Part shown: positions 50,690 to 64,000 of the stretch, in pieces | Layout of the letters: each line of letters begins with the position of its first letter | Position numbering within the stretch: the stretch's first letter is position 1 | NCBI GenBank assembly: GCA_030704615.1 | Contig: CM060731.1 | Span: forward strand, 40,548,001 to 40,612,000 | DNA length: 64,000 nt | Direction: 5' to 3' | Source: Takakia lepidozioides | Taxonomy: Eukaryota > Plantae > Bryophyta | Position numbers and translations under genes: made by a program | The notes under the pieces: generated by a model | The model's database searches: none | What the model was told of the DNA's origin: nothing | The model's input: the letters and a program-made list of their open reading frames with translations, nothing else

Positions 50690-51470
50690 TTGGCGAAGTA
50701 ATGCCGGGATCGACCCAAGGCCATGAGTGGGAAGTCGTGCCGGTACATGTGATACCGCATCATGAGTCCTCAGCTCAGCTCTTTGCCCTGCTGCACCTGC
50801 GAGCTGGACGATCGGAGGCCCACGTTACCACCTCCTGCATACTTACCCAGGAAATCCTGTGCCTGTGTAGTATTCCTCGCGCCAAAACCAAGACGGCGGC
50901 TGGGGTGAATCTTATGCCTCTTCCGTCGAAGATTTGGTCGACGTAAGAATCACAAGATTCAACCCAGCGGTCGTCTTCGTTTTGGTGGGCCACCACCCAG
51001 CTGCAAGCTTTCTGCACATACGGGGATTCCAACCACCTGCCTTCTTCCTCTTGCTTGGCACGAATGTACTTCACAGCACCAGCAACCGAGGGGTCTTTCA
51101 TGGTGCGTCCCAGACACCAAGAACTTCCACAACATGGAACGCAAGGGACATCACCTTGCATCATCCCAGGACCATTCTCCCATCAGAGCTAACCACACTT
51201 TCGTAAACACACGGGTCGCTGGAAGTCCACCATTCTCCAATATCCTTTTTCGAGCTGCTACCATGTGTGCTTCACTGGCTAGTGATCATAACACTCCACG
51301 GTGGCGTTCATGTCACCTGCAGGAGCTTCGTGATAAGCTTCCCAGGACCCATCAGCTCTCTGCATGCTCCGAATGCAGCGCACGGCTTCATCTTTCTTGG
51401 GGTCATCCGTGACGCCCAGGAAATGCATTGCCAGAATCCATCCGGGGCAGCATCCAAGCGGTCCCACAAG
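50690..51470 (-). pseudogene. SHC: Squalene-hopene cyclase relic with large internal deletions
   Basis: ILAMHFLG..IRSMQRADGSWEAYHEAPAGDMNATVECY; AVKYIRAKQEEEGRW; VQKACSWVVAHQNEDDRWVESCDSY; MRYHMYRHDFPLMALGR. QW repeats and C-terminus of SHC type. Confidence 0.8.
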
Positions 51471-52587
51471 TCGCGTGGAAAATGGGGTTCTAGAGAATCT
51501 AAGGACATTTAGTGAACGGCATCAATTTACTGCTCTTCCCACACTCCACTTGTTCATGTCTAATGAGCACTGACAATGAATGGTGTAAGCATTGTTTACT
51601 AGAGGTGCATTTACTGGTGGCAGTGGGATGTGTAGGAAGCGCAGGAGGGAGCAGTCCCCCATGAGTGAGAATCACCAAGTAAAGGACACTGAGAAGGCCC
51701 AGCAGAGGTGCCAAGGAGTGAAACTAAGGACTAGGGACATGTACCAAGTTGGTGTCACAGAGGAGCACTCAAAACTACCATACCGTAGAAGAACAAGAAC
51801 TGCAGTCTTGTTTTGAGCTTGGGGTCCCCAGAGACTGAATATGACCTCTTCAGTGCTAATTTTATCCAAGATGGAGGCTTCATGTGAATTTTGAAGAAAT
51901 TATGATGTACAATCCTAGGTTTAATTGTTAACTACCCCAGCCCGAATAATTATGTTTTGAAAAAAATCTCCAAAAGTTCGGGATCAGAATTTCAATGAAG
52001 TTCCATTTTTTTTATTTAGTAGTGGGCAAAATCCGCATAGACACCGAGGGTAGTAGAAATTGAATTCAGACCACCGTACCCAAACCACACTAAGAAAGCA
52101 CCCAAATATGAACACCAAAATGTTGCAAAACCAGCCTAGCTCTCTGCGAAAGCACTCTAATGTAGGCCACCACACAAAGAGAGAAAATTAAAAGTACTCT
52201 GCAAACCATAAAATGTACCACATGACATGGAACTTAGACATCCAAGTCATAGAGATCCTCAAAGTGTCTATATGTTGTTTTTGATGTGGTTTGTGCAGGC
52301 AGGGTTTGAGTCCAAAACTGCTCCACTGGGCCTACATTTCGGCTTTATGATCAATTTCTTCGGCCATTGTTCTGTTTAATTTGTATCAGAGTTTTGAGAT
52401 CTCAACAAAAAGCTGATGAGCAACGAAAAATATTGACTTTCAGAATCAATAGCAACCCTAACCAATAGGGAAGAAAACATACATCTCAAAGATTGATATT
52501 AAAAATATCCTTAGTACAGTTTGTTGGGTCACCAACCAAGCAAAGACTACATATGGAAGAGGAGAGAGAGTGAGAGAGGGAGAGGGA

Positions 52588-55190
52588 CTACCGGTCATAG
52601 AAACCATCCTGTCTATCCTGTTCCTCAGAAGCTTTGTTTGCTGATTGAATGGATTTATACCACAGGAAACCCTGTCCACATGAAAATTACCCGCCACCCT
52701 CCGTCTCAGTCAGTACAAGTGCAAAAAGGGTCAAGAAGCCTGGTGTACAAAAAACTGAATAATGTCACATGGGTAGACTATGCACTCTGTGGAATGTATA
52801 ATTCTTTGAGAGTGGTGAAGATCTTCAAATGCTTCTTGACAGTCAGGGGTCCACAGATAAGCTGATTCCTTCTTCAGAAGCTTATGCAATGGAGCTGCCT
52901 TCTATGATGTATCTCCGATAATAACTGGTCTGGCCCAGAAATCTTCTGAAAACCCCCTTACATCAACGGGTGGCGGTGAAGCTCTGATAGCTTCAACTTT
53001 GCTTGGGTTGACGAAATCCCTTCTGACACAGGTCTAAGGCCCTCCAAAGGCAGCAGAATTCACCTCCACCAGCCCATCACAGCATGGTGAGGCAGCCCAA
53101 GCTTCAATAGGGAATTTGAAGCAGATGCCAAATCCAGAGCCAAAATCCCGAACATGTCTACAATTAAAGAACATGACAAAGATGCTCTGACATGAAGCTG
53201 CTGGGATATAGCATGATAACCAGCAAGAGATTGTGACCTGACTTAAATATCTGCAGTTCTGACTGCCTTTGTGGCTTTTTGCCTCCCGGCGCTGCAGTCT
53301 GGTGGAGGTGGCTTAGGTTTTGAGGTTAGATCTCAAACCTTTTCCTGTATGCCTTCAACCTCCTTTGTTGCCTTTGTGGCTTTCCTGAGGTTTTGCATGA
53401 CAAGGTCTTGTAATAAATTTTGAAGGGCTCTTGACCCTTCCCTATCAAGAAAAGAAGAGAAGATAAGCACATTACACTTTGCTTGGCATACCTTTGCAGC
53501 CATAGTGCAACATAGATTTGGGCGTCCATTGAACTTGTCCATCCACCTTTGCTCCAGAAGCTCTTCACTAACAGCATCAAGTTGATGCAAATATTCAAAC
53601 CTAGAATTTAAACCGCAGTCACGCATTGTGAGAGCGGAGGGAGAGAGAGTAAAGGCAGGCAGGAAGAAAAATGGTGGGCAATGATACAGTAGCCACTTAC
53701 CGCTGTTGGCAGGCCTGTGATGGAAAAGAAACCCAGGATAGGAGCCCACAGAGGGCTGTCAGGTTGAACCACACCAAAAATGGCATTTCGATTAAAGTAC
53801 TCAAATACTGAACCAACCTGGCCACACCCAGACAGAGGAAACCTATTAGCATTGGCTGCAGAAATTGCAAACACAAAATGCATATGATTACCCCATTCCT
53901 GCTATGTGAGCCCTGAAAAATAGGAGTGTGTCAGAAGGAAGCACTAATAAGGTTACATTGGAGCCTCCTGCAGAAGACCCCATGCAGCTATTGAATAAGC
54001 CATAACCACCCAAACCCAAAGAAAAATCCCTAATAAGCGATTCCTCTGTGCAATTCAACCTCTTGATGAAGTCTTCATATGATTTTTGTTGTTGGCATTG
54101 AGGAAAAGGGAGAATTGGGTCAAAAAGCAATAACAGAAGATCAACCAGACCTGGAAGAGATTGGCCCGTGCAATAGAAGAACTACTGTGCAGACCATCTG
54201 AGGTACTTCAGTACTTTGTAACACCATCAATACAGTGCACCTTCTAAATTATCCTCTGGATAAATTATATTGTCATCATCAACTGCACAGGCTGTGGGCT
54301 GAAAACTGTCAGAGGAGCATTCAAATTTCACACTTTCGAGAGAGACGAAGAAACAAGATTGCTGATACAGGAGAGAGCAATTTTATCCTGCCTTCTCCTA
54401 GTGCTTGGCCATGGATGGACGTCACACAGCACCATTGGCTGAACCTCCTGTTCGGAATGTCCCAGTTTTGCAATCAATTTTTGCTAGTGGCTGGTCCTAG
54501 TGGCTGATTCCGCAATTTTTCACAGGACTCTCGTCACTGGACACACAACCACTGAATCAAACATGAAACAGTCTATCTGAATCGTCCAGAATAATTTACA
54601 ATTGTTCAGCTCAGATCAACTCAACAACACTCGTTCATACAATTTCCCGTGTTTACATCTTCGAAGCACGCCTGGACAAAGGAGGTCCCATAATGTGGGT
54701 TGGGGAGACGAGAGGCAATGCCATAGAGACAGACACCAAGAATCGTGTAAGGAAAGATGAAACTCACCGCAGCAATAGCCACTAAACAGGAGGAAATTAA
54801 ATAGACGAAAAAGGGGACTTCCAAAGGTTGGCCCGAAGCTTGTGCCGCCTCATTCTTAGCCCAAGGTGGAACTTCCTCAGCTCCTGGCTTGGCCCACGCG
54901 GGCACGGCCTCGGATTCAATCTTTTCTTCTGTATTCGGTGACCCTGTTGATCCTTCTTGGGTGGCATTTACCCTCCATAGCCGATGGTCTGTTTTCCCAC
55001 CTAAAAACAAAGGCCGCCCCAATCCTATCACACAAGTTTGTGTTCTTGCACTGGGCTTGATTTCAGAGTTGGAAGGAACGGTAAGGAAGGAGGGTGAAAC
55101 ACGACAGCTATATGCTCCTTGAGAGCAAGGAGCCGTAAGGACGAGGTGGGCGGAGGAGATGGAAACAGACCGAGTGCAGGAGTAGGCCAT
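52588..55190 (-). CDS. Conserved chloroplast-targeted membrane protein of unknown function (exons 55190-54768, 53817-53701, 52671-52588)
   Basis: Ser-rich transit-peptide-like N-terminus, then VPPWAKNE..EVPFFVYLISSCLVAIAA|VGSVFEYFNRNAIFGVVQPDSPLWAPILGFFSITGLPTA|GFLWYKSIQSANKASEEQDRQDGFY. All introns GT-AG, phase 0. Recalled as similar to Arabidopsis At1g50020 (unverified). Confidence 0.8.
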
Positions 55191-56320
55191 AGCTGGAAAC
55201 ACCTTGCCCCTCCTCAGCCGACCAAAACTCTCCCTTTCCTCACACCCTCAACAATGAATCCTTCTTGTGGTTCTACATTCGACGAGTGCCTCTGGACCAA
55301 TCCCTCTCCCTCTTCCTCCCCTGTCTCGCGTTCACTTGGGCGTGTTCACTCTCACGCCCCTCTCTCTCCCCCAAGTTTGCTTCCGAGATTTTCTAAACAT
55401 TCAGAACTACCCTCAGTGAATAAATACCGGACGCGTGTACATCCATATCCTGTCAGGTGGCTCACCTTCAGGAGCTTTGCCATCAGTACTACTCAGACGA
55501 TTCAAGTTGGTTACATTCATACTGGTGAAGTCCTACAATTTATCACTGCGGGGACGGAGGAAAGGAGTCAAAGAGCTTATACTTAGGAAAGAAAGGAAAG
55601 AAGACCAAGAGGAGATTCATCGGATTCACTTGGGGAGATTTGGTGATTATTTGCAGCTTTCTATAAGACCACTGTTTGATCTGTTGTGATGATTCAAACA
55701 TTCAAACATCTCATAACACAAAGTGGGCCGAGTGTAGATTCAAGTAAGTCTATTCCATCCTTTGGGAACCTTGTTCTCATCGTGAAGGAGCTCCAAGAAC
55801 AGAGGGTGGGGGGGTGGGATGAGGACCAAAGGATGGATGAGTCAAGGTGGAGTGCGTGGCAGAACAGCGAAGGTGGGTTGGTGGAACAAAACTGTGCCTC
55901 TTCACAATCGTCTTCTCTCGTGTGTCTTGGATTTGTGTGGCCCACTCCAGGCTTGCATTAGATCGCCACTTCGAGCATCCTCTTCTCCATAATCCTGCTT
56001 TGCAATCTGGTATTTAATCTGACTTACACCCACTTCTTGTTCTTGTTCCGCTGTGTTGCTGCAGGTCTGGGTTGCTCTTGCTTCCAAGAGGCCATTACCA
56101 GACCGTTCGAGGATACTTGTCTCCCACTCTGCTAATTTGGTGATGTGTGACATTCCGGTTGTAGATTCGGATGATTGGGTGCTTTCTCTCTGACTGTTTT
56201 AATTATCCTGTTGCGGATTTCAAGATCATTAATCTGGACAGCCTTGGAATTCTCTGTCCAGATTGCTTCTCTGCCCATGCACAGGCACATTCGCAAATTA
56301 CCCCTTGATCTGTCGCTGCC

Positions 56321-59300
56321 ATGGCGAGTTTGAAGGTAAGAGTAAGGGCCGCGGGCGGTGGTCCTACAATCAGAGTGCAGGTTCCGGCCCCATGGTCTTT
56401 GCAGGCGCTTAAGGATGCGTTAGCCCAACTGCTAGCGCAGCCCGCATCGTCCTTTCGACTCTCGCTCAACAAGAAGGATGAGATCGACGGTCCGGGCACT
56501 GCACTCCTCTCCTCCTTTGGTGTCATTAATGGGGACCTTCTTTTTTATCTCAATAGCACGGGAGATGGGGAGGCCCCAGATGTTCTGGTAAGAAGGTTTT
56601 TCATTATCTGGGATCTTCCTCTTCTTACCTCAATAGGCGGTAGTGTTCTGGTAAAAGTGTTTGCTTCTTGAGGGTTTGAAGAGGTTCATCACAACCTCCT
56701 CATCACGAGGACCAAGCCGAAGTGTTCGATTCCCAGAGGAGATTGTCACTCAAGAGATGTTCTGGAATTTCGATTTTCGCAGTAACGACGACGCTATTTT
56801 CATTTCTGCCAGGTATTAGATAGCGCAGCGAAATGATGGGTTGATGGTGCACTGGCGGAGACAGTGGATTTGTAGCTGATATTAGAGAAGGATGATAAAG
56901 TCTGCGCAGGGTTTTTTTTAAAAGATCTTACCATGTAGATACCACACAGAAGAGACACATGCATTGGTACAACCTTTCTTTTGTAATTGCAAGTTCCCAC
57001 AGCGGCTGAGCTAATGAACCAAACCTAGAAACTAGAAACCTCTCTTGCAGCTTGCAGAAGAGTAACCTAGACTCTAGATGAGTACACCCTTCTCTCTGTA
57101 GCTTGGTCCGGGTCCACCGAGCTGTACGGGCCCAGGCTAGCTATGTCTCGCATTTTTTCCCTTGCCACCAAAAGTGCACTTCTTACCCCCTTTCAACCTT
57201 CGGTACTGGCAGTCTTCTTTGCTAGTCCAATTTGGTGCCAAAAATTGCTAAAGTTTTACAGTGTTTTCCATGTGTTGTCTGAGTCGGCATTTTATGTTCG
57301 GGCTCTGGTGCTCCAAATGCAGGCCCGAAAGGAAGTGACGTCTTGAAAGGAAGTGTCCTCTACAGCTCAGAGCCAGGATACAGGAGAATTCCAGGGTGGC
57401 ACAGTTACAACAGCTGGAAGGGAAGATTCACAGTCACATACAGGGGGAGAAGAAACAGCCACAACAATAGTGAGAAGCATAGATCCAGCTACCTTGCGGA
57501 GGGAGCTTTGTGCATCAGCTGCATCAGAACGAGCATCTCTCACTCAAACCACAGACTCTTTGGTTACACGTCAGCCTTCTTCAAATGACATAGCCACTCT
57601 GGAACCCCCGGCAGCATCATTGAATCAGGAGGAGAACACACAGCAAAGCAGAAAGGAAACAAACATGGAGGTTTGTAACCTTGGAGGGACAGATGCCATG
57701 GAGATGGAGCGCGAGGAGATAGGGGGGTTTGAGGCCCCTGGAGAGGTTGAAATGTCTCACTATTCCATCCCTGATCTTCTTGGGCGGGTGCTGTTAGTTG
57801 AATATGGAAAGGTAAAGGAGCGGCAGGAGTATCTTGTTCTTGCGGTCCATGCAGTAATGCTCGAGACAGGGTTTATTCTTGCAGGGCCGGTGGATGTGGT
57901 GGGCCAATCAGGGGGCTGGGGTCTGCCAGTCGGGTGGAACGGGAAGGGGGGCCTCGTCAATCTCAAGTACACCCTTCCAGAGATTGCATCAGGGTCGCAG
58001 GCCTGTGTTGGAGAAGTGATCCTCCGCTGCCAGATAGTAGGAAATGCTCTGGTTGTGTATGGAGCCATAATGGGTGGAAGGGGTTCCGAAGTCTTCCGGG
58101 TCAGCCTGCCTGTGTCAAGGTTTCTCCATAAAGATTTGACTGTTGAAGATGTTGGCAATGCAGGCGATGCGCTTAAGGTTTGTATTTTCCTTTGTTACCG
58201 TTATAGTGACAATGTATGGCTGCAGATAGAGGCTTATGTTCATTGTTCTTGTTTTCAGGCAGTGATCATGCTTTTATGTTCCATCTAATCCTTGAAGGAC
58301 TCTGGCCAGTTATATTTCTGCTTGTTTTTTTAGTCCACCTACATGCAAAACTAGGCATTGGGGAACTAGTGTACAGTTTCTCATTTGGATGCTCATGCAG
58401 TTCCAGTCTGTTTTAGTAGAACTTCTACAAGGCCCAGACTGTATCGTAAGGCATCCCAATTTCTGATTTAGTTACTCCCCATCAATGTGAGGATGCAGAT
58501 AATGACTAACACCACCGAGGGTCGGAAGCACGAGACCACCACAATGGAGGGCCAGAATGCAGAGAAGCAAGCTATTGTTGAGAATGTGGTGAGCTTGTTT
58601 TGCAATGTATTTGAGCTATGGCAGGAGGTGAAAGACAATTTATCGCTGCCACTGCTGACTGTTATGTGTGAGAAAGCAGGGCTCCCACCTCCAGCTTCCC
58701 TCAAACTACTCCCCACTGAACTGAAGATAAAAATATTGGAGTGTCTTCCAGCAAGGGCACTCGCCACAATTGGCTGCATATGCTCAGAGTTCAAGTTTCT
58801 CGCTTGCTGTGACGATTTGTGGAAGGTTCGCTTCAAGGAGGAGTTTGGATGGCCAGAGGGGGACAAGGCCCCAGGAGGGCATGGCTGGAAAACAGCATTT
58901 GCCCGTGAGTGGTTACACAGGAAAAGACGGGAGGAGGAGAGGAGGCAGGCAGAGAGACAACTTCGAGAAGAGGTTTTTCCAGGGTTGTTAATGAGACCAC
59001 CTCCAATCCAACCTCACTTTCCAGGTCTCATAGGCGGGGACTATGATCGATTTCCTTATTTGGGAGGAGGTCTGGAGGGATTCCGCCCTAGGGGTCGGGG
59101 TGGATTCTGGGCTGGAGGATTTCCAGGGGTTTTGGGGGTTGACGATCGAGGAATCCCCGGGAATCCCACAGGCGGAAGGCTTTTCCTAAGGGAGATTGGC
59201 ATTAGACCTCCAAGGCAACAGATAGAAGCACCTGCTGGTTTGGTGCCCCCTCGCTTTGGAAGACGTTTGCAGAGTGACATTGGTGTAAGGCCTTCAGGAG

Positions 59301-59482
59301 ACCTGATGGATGGATCTGATGGTTTGCTTCCTGGCGCTGGGTCTCAATTTGGAAGAGATTTGAGGAGGGACATTGGCAGTACACTGCCAGGTGACCCGAT
59401 GGGAGGATCTGATCTTTCACTTCCAGGAACACGTCATCACTATGGAAGAGATCTGGGAACACACCCTCGAGACGATTTCTGA
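56321..59482 (+). CDS. SKIP22: F-box protein of SKIP22/FBXO7 type (Ubl - PI31/FP - F-box - Pro/Gly-rich tail); exons 56321-56587, about 57371-58177, 58499-59482
   Basis: Ubl LKVRVR..FRLSLNKKDEI..LSSFGVINGDLLF; FP domain LVLAVHAVMLETGF; LWQEVKDNLSLPLL; F-box LLPTELKIKILECLP; IGGDYDRFP. Confidence 0.85.
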
Positions 59483-60667
59483 GAAAGATTTGTTGTGAGG
59501 GGGACCCCTGGGCCTTCCCCAACGCGGTCGGTCCCAAGTGCGAATGAGAATTCGACATCTGTCTGCCGACACCTTCCACTGAGAGGTGCATGTTGTACTT
59601 GCAGTCTGTGATTCGCTGTTCAGATGAACCCTTTCAAGTGGAAAGTCATGTGCTACATCGGAAGGTCCATGTGAGCTACATGTCAGTCAGTCATATGTGA
59701 ACTGATGTGGGGATGCAATTCAAAGAGCGATTATGCCAGGGGAGGTGGCACTAAACAATGAGCACTTGGCATCATAAGCCCATGCAGGCCCAGTCTTGCA
59801 GATGGGTGGTCTTGTGTACTGAAGGGGTTCCATGGTTGTTTCTCAGTTGTGTAGGTGATGAAGGAGGGAAAGATGTACAGTAGTTCCTAATAAGTAGATC
59901 ATACTGTTATAATACATGCGGAGGCAGCAGACATGTCGATGTTTGGTAGGATTTTCACAGCTCAATTTGTACCTGAGACACAACGTTTCAATGTTGCTTG
60001 ATGCCTAGTTAACAGAGAAAACCTGACCACTACAAAGTACCGTGTCTTAGCATCCTGTCTTATGGGCGATGGATGAGTGTAGCCACAAGGATACACTCAA
60101 GTTGCTCTGTAAGATTACAAGGCTATGGGAGCATTGTAGTGAGAGTATAGTAGACTGGCTGAGTATAAAGATTATGAGTTCCAACTGTTATGAGTTGTCA
60201 CAGTGCCAACTCCCATTTCCAGATATTTCTTACCAGAGCATTCTACCAATTCCAGTACAAATGAAACAAACATTGGCTGGATAGTAGCATGAAACTGGCC
60301 ACAAATGTAGCGCTCTAACTGCTTTCCATAGCTTGATCTACCCTCTCTTTAAGGGTAGCTATGCAGCTACTCCAATAATATGACACATCCCTTTCTCTTT
60401 CAGCCTCTCCCAAACTTGTCTTTTGAGATTTGAATGCTTCATTGCCCTGGTAGATACACGCCCCAGCATCACCTTCCTCCCATCGGGCTCACATTCTCTG
60501 GGTCTGTAACTTTATGCACCATGAGAGTTCAATATATCAGTCTGCACTTGCCTTAGCCTCCTTCCCTTCCATCTACATCGACAGACACCCCAATCTACAA
60601 ATAAAGAGAGGGGACAGGTCCCATCGGTGGTACATCAGCTATTACTCTTCAATTCTTGTAGTGATTG

Positions 60668-63600
60668 TCAAACTCGTATACTCTTCGGTTGTTGAACAGT
60701 TGCATTGACGATCTCCAAGGTACTGTGGCAGAGAGGGCAATGGCAGCGTGGCCGAAGTTTGAAGGATATCAGAAAGTGCTTGCAGACGCTGCATTGCAAG
60801 CAGTCATCATCAACAATTAGGCCCCCACTTGCCATACAAATTGGATACTGGGCCTCACATGTCCTATTTGCACATTTGGTTTGCAATTCCTGCAATTGCA
60901 TCATCCAAAGTTTAGTAATTTGCTATGTAATCCCTGGCTGACAGTTCTGCTTCATGATTGTTAGTATCGTCGCCGTCAGTGTCTGGAGGGAAGAACCTCT
61001 TCCCCTTCCCCTACCCCAACCCTACTCCATTTCCTGCTGTCCAAACTGGGAGGCTTGCTCTCTTCAGACGACAGATACGTCAAGGAGAGCTGTACACAGG
61101 TGTACTATCTGGCTGTGGTTGCACTGCAAGTCACACTTTTGAGAAGAAAAGAAAGTAAGAGACAAATAACGGTACTTTACATGAAGAAAGTAGGATAGAG
61201 AGAAAGAAAGAAAGGAATTTAATTTGTCCAGAAGATTATCTACAGGCCCTATGAATAGTAGCTCAGACTGGATTTGCATTTGTATAGGTACCTGAACAGG
61301 AGCACCGCAACTCTGGCAATTCCGAGTTGGAGTTTTACAGGGGCTTACTGGGCTGAATTTGGTGAATATGGACAGTGCAAGCTGTGCATACTCTTTATGC
61401 CTTTTCTCTGGAATTTCGGTAAGGGACTCCAGCTTGATGAATGCCTTGCTGCATTGTGCATAGTGCTACACAGGGAGGCAGTACAACAAAAGAGACATTA
61501 CAACCTGATACGGCAAAGACAGTGCACCAATAAGTGTACTGCTTTACACTAAATGGATCCGCTTTACTCTTTCATTCCCAATGCTGTCCCATATTCTAGA
61601 GTAAGCTTTACTCAGCTATTCACCAACACAAAAATGACTTCGAATGCGTTGAATGCGAAGTGGAAGAATAATGCCACTTAATGATTGGTACTCCACATAG
61701 GAAAGAAGTTCAATATCTCAAATTGGTGTTAATACTTCCCCCACCACCAGTCCCACCATCAAGCATGCCAACAGCAGGAGAGAGAGAGTAGCACAGAAGA
61801 GAGAGGGAGGGGTTGTTAAAAGAAAAGGAAGAATTACAAAGGGAGTGGGGAGGAGTTGACATCAGCAGGCATGTCGACTCTAATACTGAAGAATCCACAG
61901 AAGTGGGGCCCCAAGCGCTTATCGAAGTGCTACCTTATTGTAAAAGGCTGTAAGAGCAATCAAGGAGTAGATGTCAACAACCTCCAACACATCTTCATAC
62001 TCCCTCAGCCACCAAGCAGCCTTCAACAATGACAGATCGAGCTTTGTCAGTATCTCGACCAAAACCGGTGCTAAGTGGCTGCATATCCCCTTCCAAGTCA
62101 CTTCTTTTGCAAAGAGATAAAGGCCAAACTTGAATGGATAAGCAAGCCCGGAACAAGGGCAGAATCAGTAGCACCAGTGACAAACTTCGCATAAGCTTTG
62201 TGGAATTTCCCAGGACGAAAATAAAAATTTGAAAGCTGAAGAACACTACTACCTTCATGGCCTGGTCAAAATGGCCTGTATAAAGCTCCCGATGAGCTAG
62301 AAGCCATAGATGGTAGGCCTCTGCCCCATGCCATGCATTCTCCATAGATCTCTCCAAAGTTGCTGCCACATCATGCTGGAGAATTGCGAAATGTAGCAAC
62401 AAACAGAACTGGAGGCTTAGAGCACAAGATGAACAAATATATTACGAAATAGACAGCTCTCTCCCTCCCTCCCTCCCTCCCTCCCTCCCTAATCTGGTTT
62501 TGACTTGTCCTCAGTTTTTCCGTTAATCGGATGAGTACATTCTCTCTCTCCGCAGGGAACGGCAAGCCCCACTATCAGAATGTACTCATAAACGTTGTTT
62601 GCCATAGCCTTGTGGCCCTTGACCCCGCGCCCAGTTTGAGCGGAATACAAACCACCGTGAACCACCGTTGTGGAGACTATGGCCAAGTATAGAGCAATGA
62701 TAGTTCAATGGAAAGTCTTACACCTAGTCTCTCCTGATCTCCCAGTGACTCTCTCGCTCTCTTGGTGGAGGTCATGTTTGAAAGGAACAGTATGCTGATC
62801 GAGGTTCTCACTCTTGTGTCAAATCAACATGTCACCTGCAAGAGGCCTTCAAGGGTTGTGGCAGCTACAGTCTTTCCTGCTCCATTTGACCAGGTCATTT
62901 GAGCCTGCTTCATCCCCTCCCCACCACAGTATTTGACCAAAGCTGACAGTGAGTCACATAGCACTTAAACCATCTCAAATTGATTATCTTTGCACTGTCA
63001 ATCTGTCTCTTCTATTGGCTTATCTGCCCACCCCCCAAGAAAAAATTTAGCGTATACAACTGATGCTTGTATGAAGTGAGATAGTACCTGCGAACTGAGA
63101 ATAGAAGCTCTATATGCCTCAACTTCCAACGCTGCTAGGACATAGAGCTTTTTCACATCCAAGGGAGTTGCCTGCCATGGTGTCACCTCCGTAGGTCAAT
63201 GTCCACATGCTCACACCCAACTTTTCCAGATTGGGCATTGGCATGGGCTGGATGTAAAGCAGGAGTCATCTGTTGCTTTCAGACCTTGTGGAAGATTTAC
63301 GATGTCATGACAAAGAGGAAGAAAGAGGTGTTCACAATATTGTGCTTGCCTTTCTCGGAAAAGGTATCATTCCCAGTTCCAAAATTGGAGGAGATCACAA
63401 AGTAGGGAAAGGAGGGAGGAATAATACTGGAGGGCTGCAACAGTGAAACATACCTTTTGTAACTACACTATTTCGTGGCAGGAGGGAGAGATATTGCAGA
63501 CAACAAAGCAAACTGGACTCAGGTTGAAAATCAAGACAGAAGTACAGAGATATTGGAAGAACTGTACCTTGGTGGCAGCCATTTGCCTTGCGAGCTCACT

Positions 63601-64000
63601 AAGAATTTTAGAAGCATTCAAATGCTGCCCTCCCTTGCGGTAAACATGGACAGCATGCAAGGGGTTTCCTGACTGCAACAGATACTTTGTGTATTTGGCA
63701 ATGGTGCTTCCTACCATTTTGACACAGTCGTGTTGTTTGGCAAGTTCAATAGCCTTGTCCCAGTGGTTCAGCTCCATGCAGCTGTCTATGGCTGCCTTTA
63801 TCTCCCCACCTCTCACAAAAGCAGTCACCTACACACCAACATAATCAACCAACCCTGAAGATGCACTGAACTCAAAATTATGCCTCATTTGATGCCTGAT
63901 TTTTGCCATTCTAACCATAATGAGGAAACAGTCAAGAAAGAATCTTACCGCATGCTCACAGATGCCAACACTCACAAACTTCTTGGCGATGGAGAGAAGG
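60668..64000 (-). CDS. IFT121: Intraflagellar transport protein 121 / WDR35, 3' exons
   Basis: KKFVSVGICEHA|VTAFVR..KAAIDSCMELNHWDKAIELA; KKLYVLAALEVE; NAWHGAEAYHLWLLAHRELY; LREYEDVL..IYSLIALTA; CSKAFIKLESL; C-terminal zinc fingers ending CPLCH. Confidence 0.9.

Noticed and set aside
52880-53600. ORF fragments in intron 2 of the chloroplast protein gene, and similar ones at 55440-56170
   Set aside because: Possibly LINE-derived, but no diagnostic RT or endonuclease motif was visible.

Overview
Eukaryotic, intron-containing plant nuclear DNA. An IFT121/WDR35 cilium gene, a PLS-class PPR-DYW editing factor and a squalene-hopene cyclase relic together point to a seed-free land plant (bryophyte, lycophyte or fern; a hornwort-like compact genome is my guess). 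Apparently intact host genes flank the window: sacsin-like, an uncharacterised Ser/Arg/Lys-rich gene and ISD11/LYRM4 on the left; a chloroplast membrane protein, SKIP22-like F-box and IFT121 on the right. Between them (about 12-52 kb) is a rearranged zone holding an intact GT37 fucosyltransferase and a PPR-DYW gene. The same zone has a deletion-mosaic duplicate, many gene fragments (hexokinase, FANCJ, formin, PDX1, OSB-type PDF motifs, SHC), tRNA-derived SINEs and a Helitron-like relic. The centrepiece is a 10.6 kb element (22075-32651). It is a decayed Ty3/Gypsy-type polyprotein with order Gag knuckles - protease - C5 DNA cytosine methyltransferase - RT - RNase H - integrase - PHD finger, enclosed by about 1.5 kb INVERTED terminal repeats ending TG...CA instead of direct LTRs.
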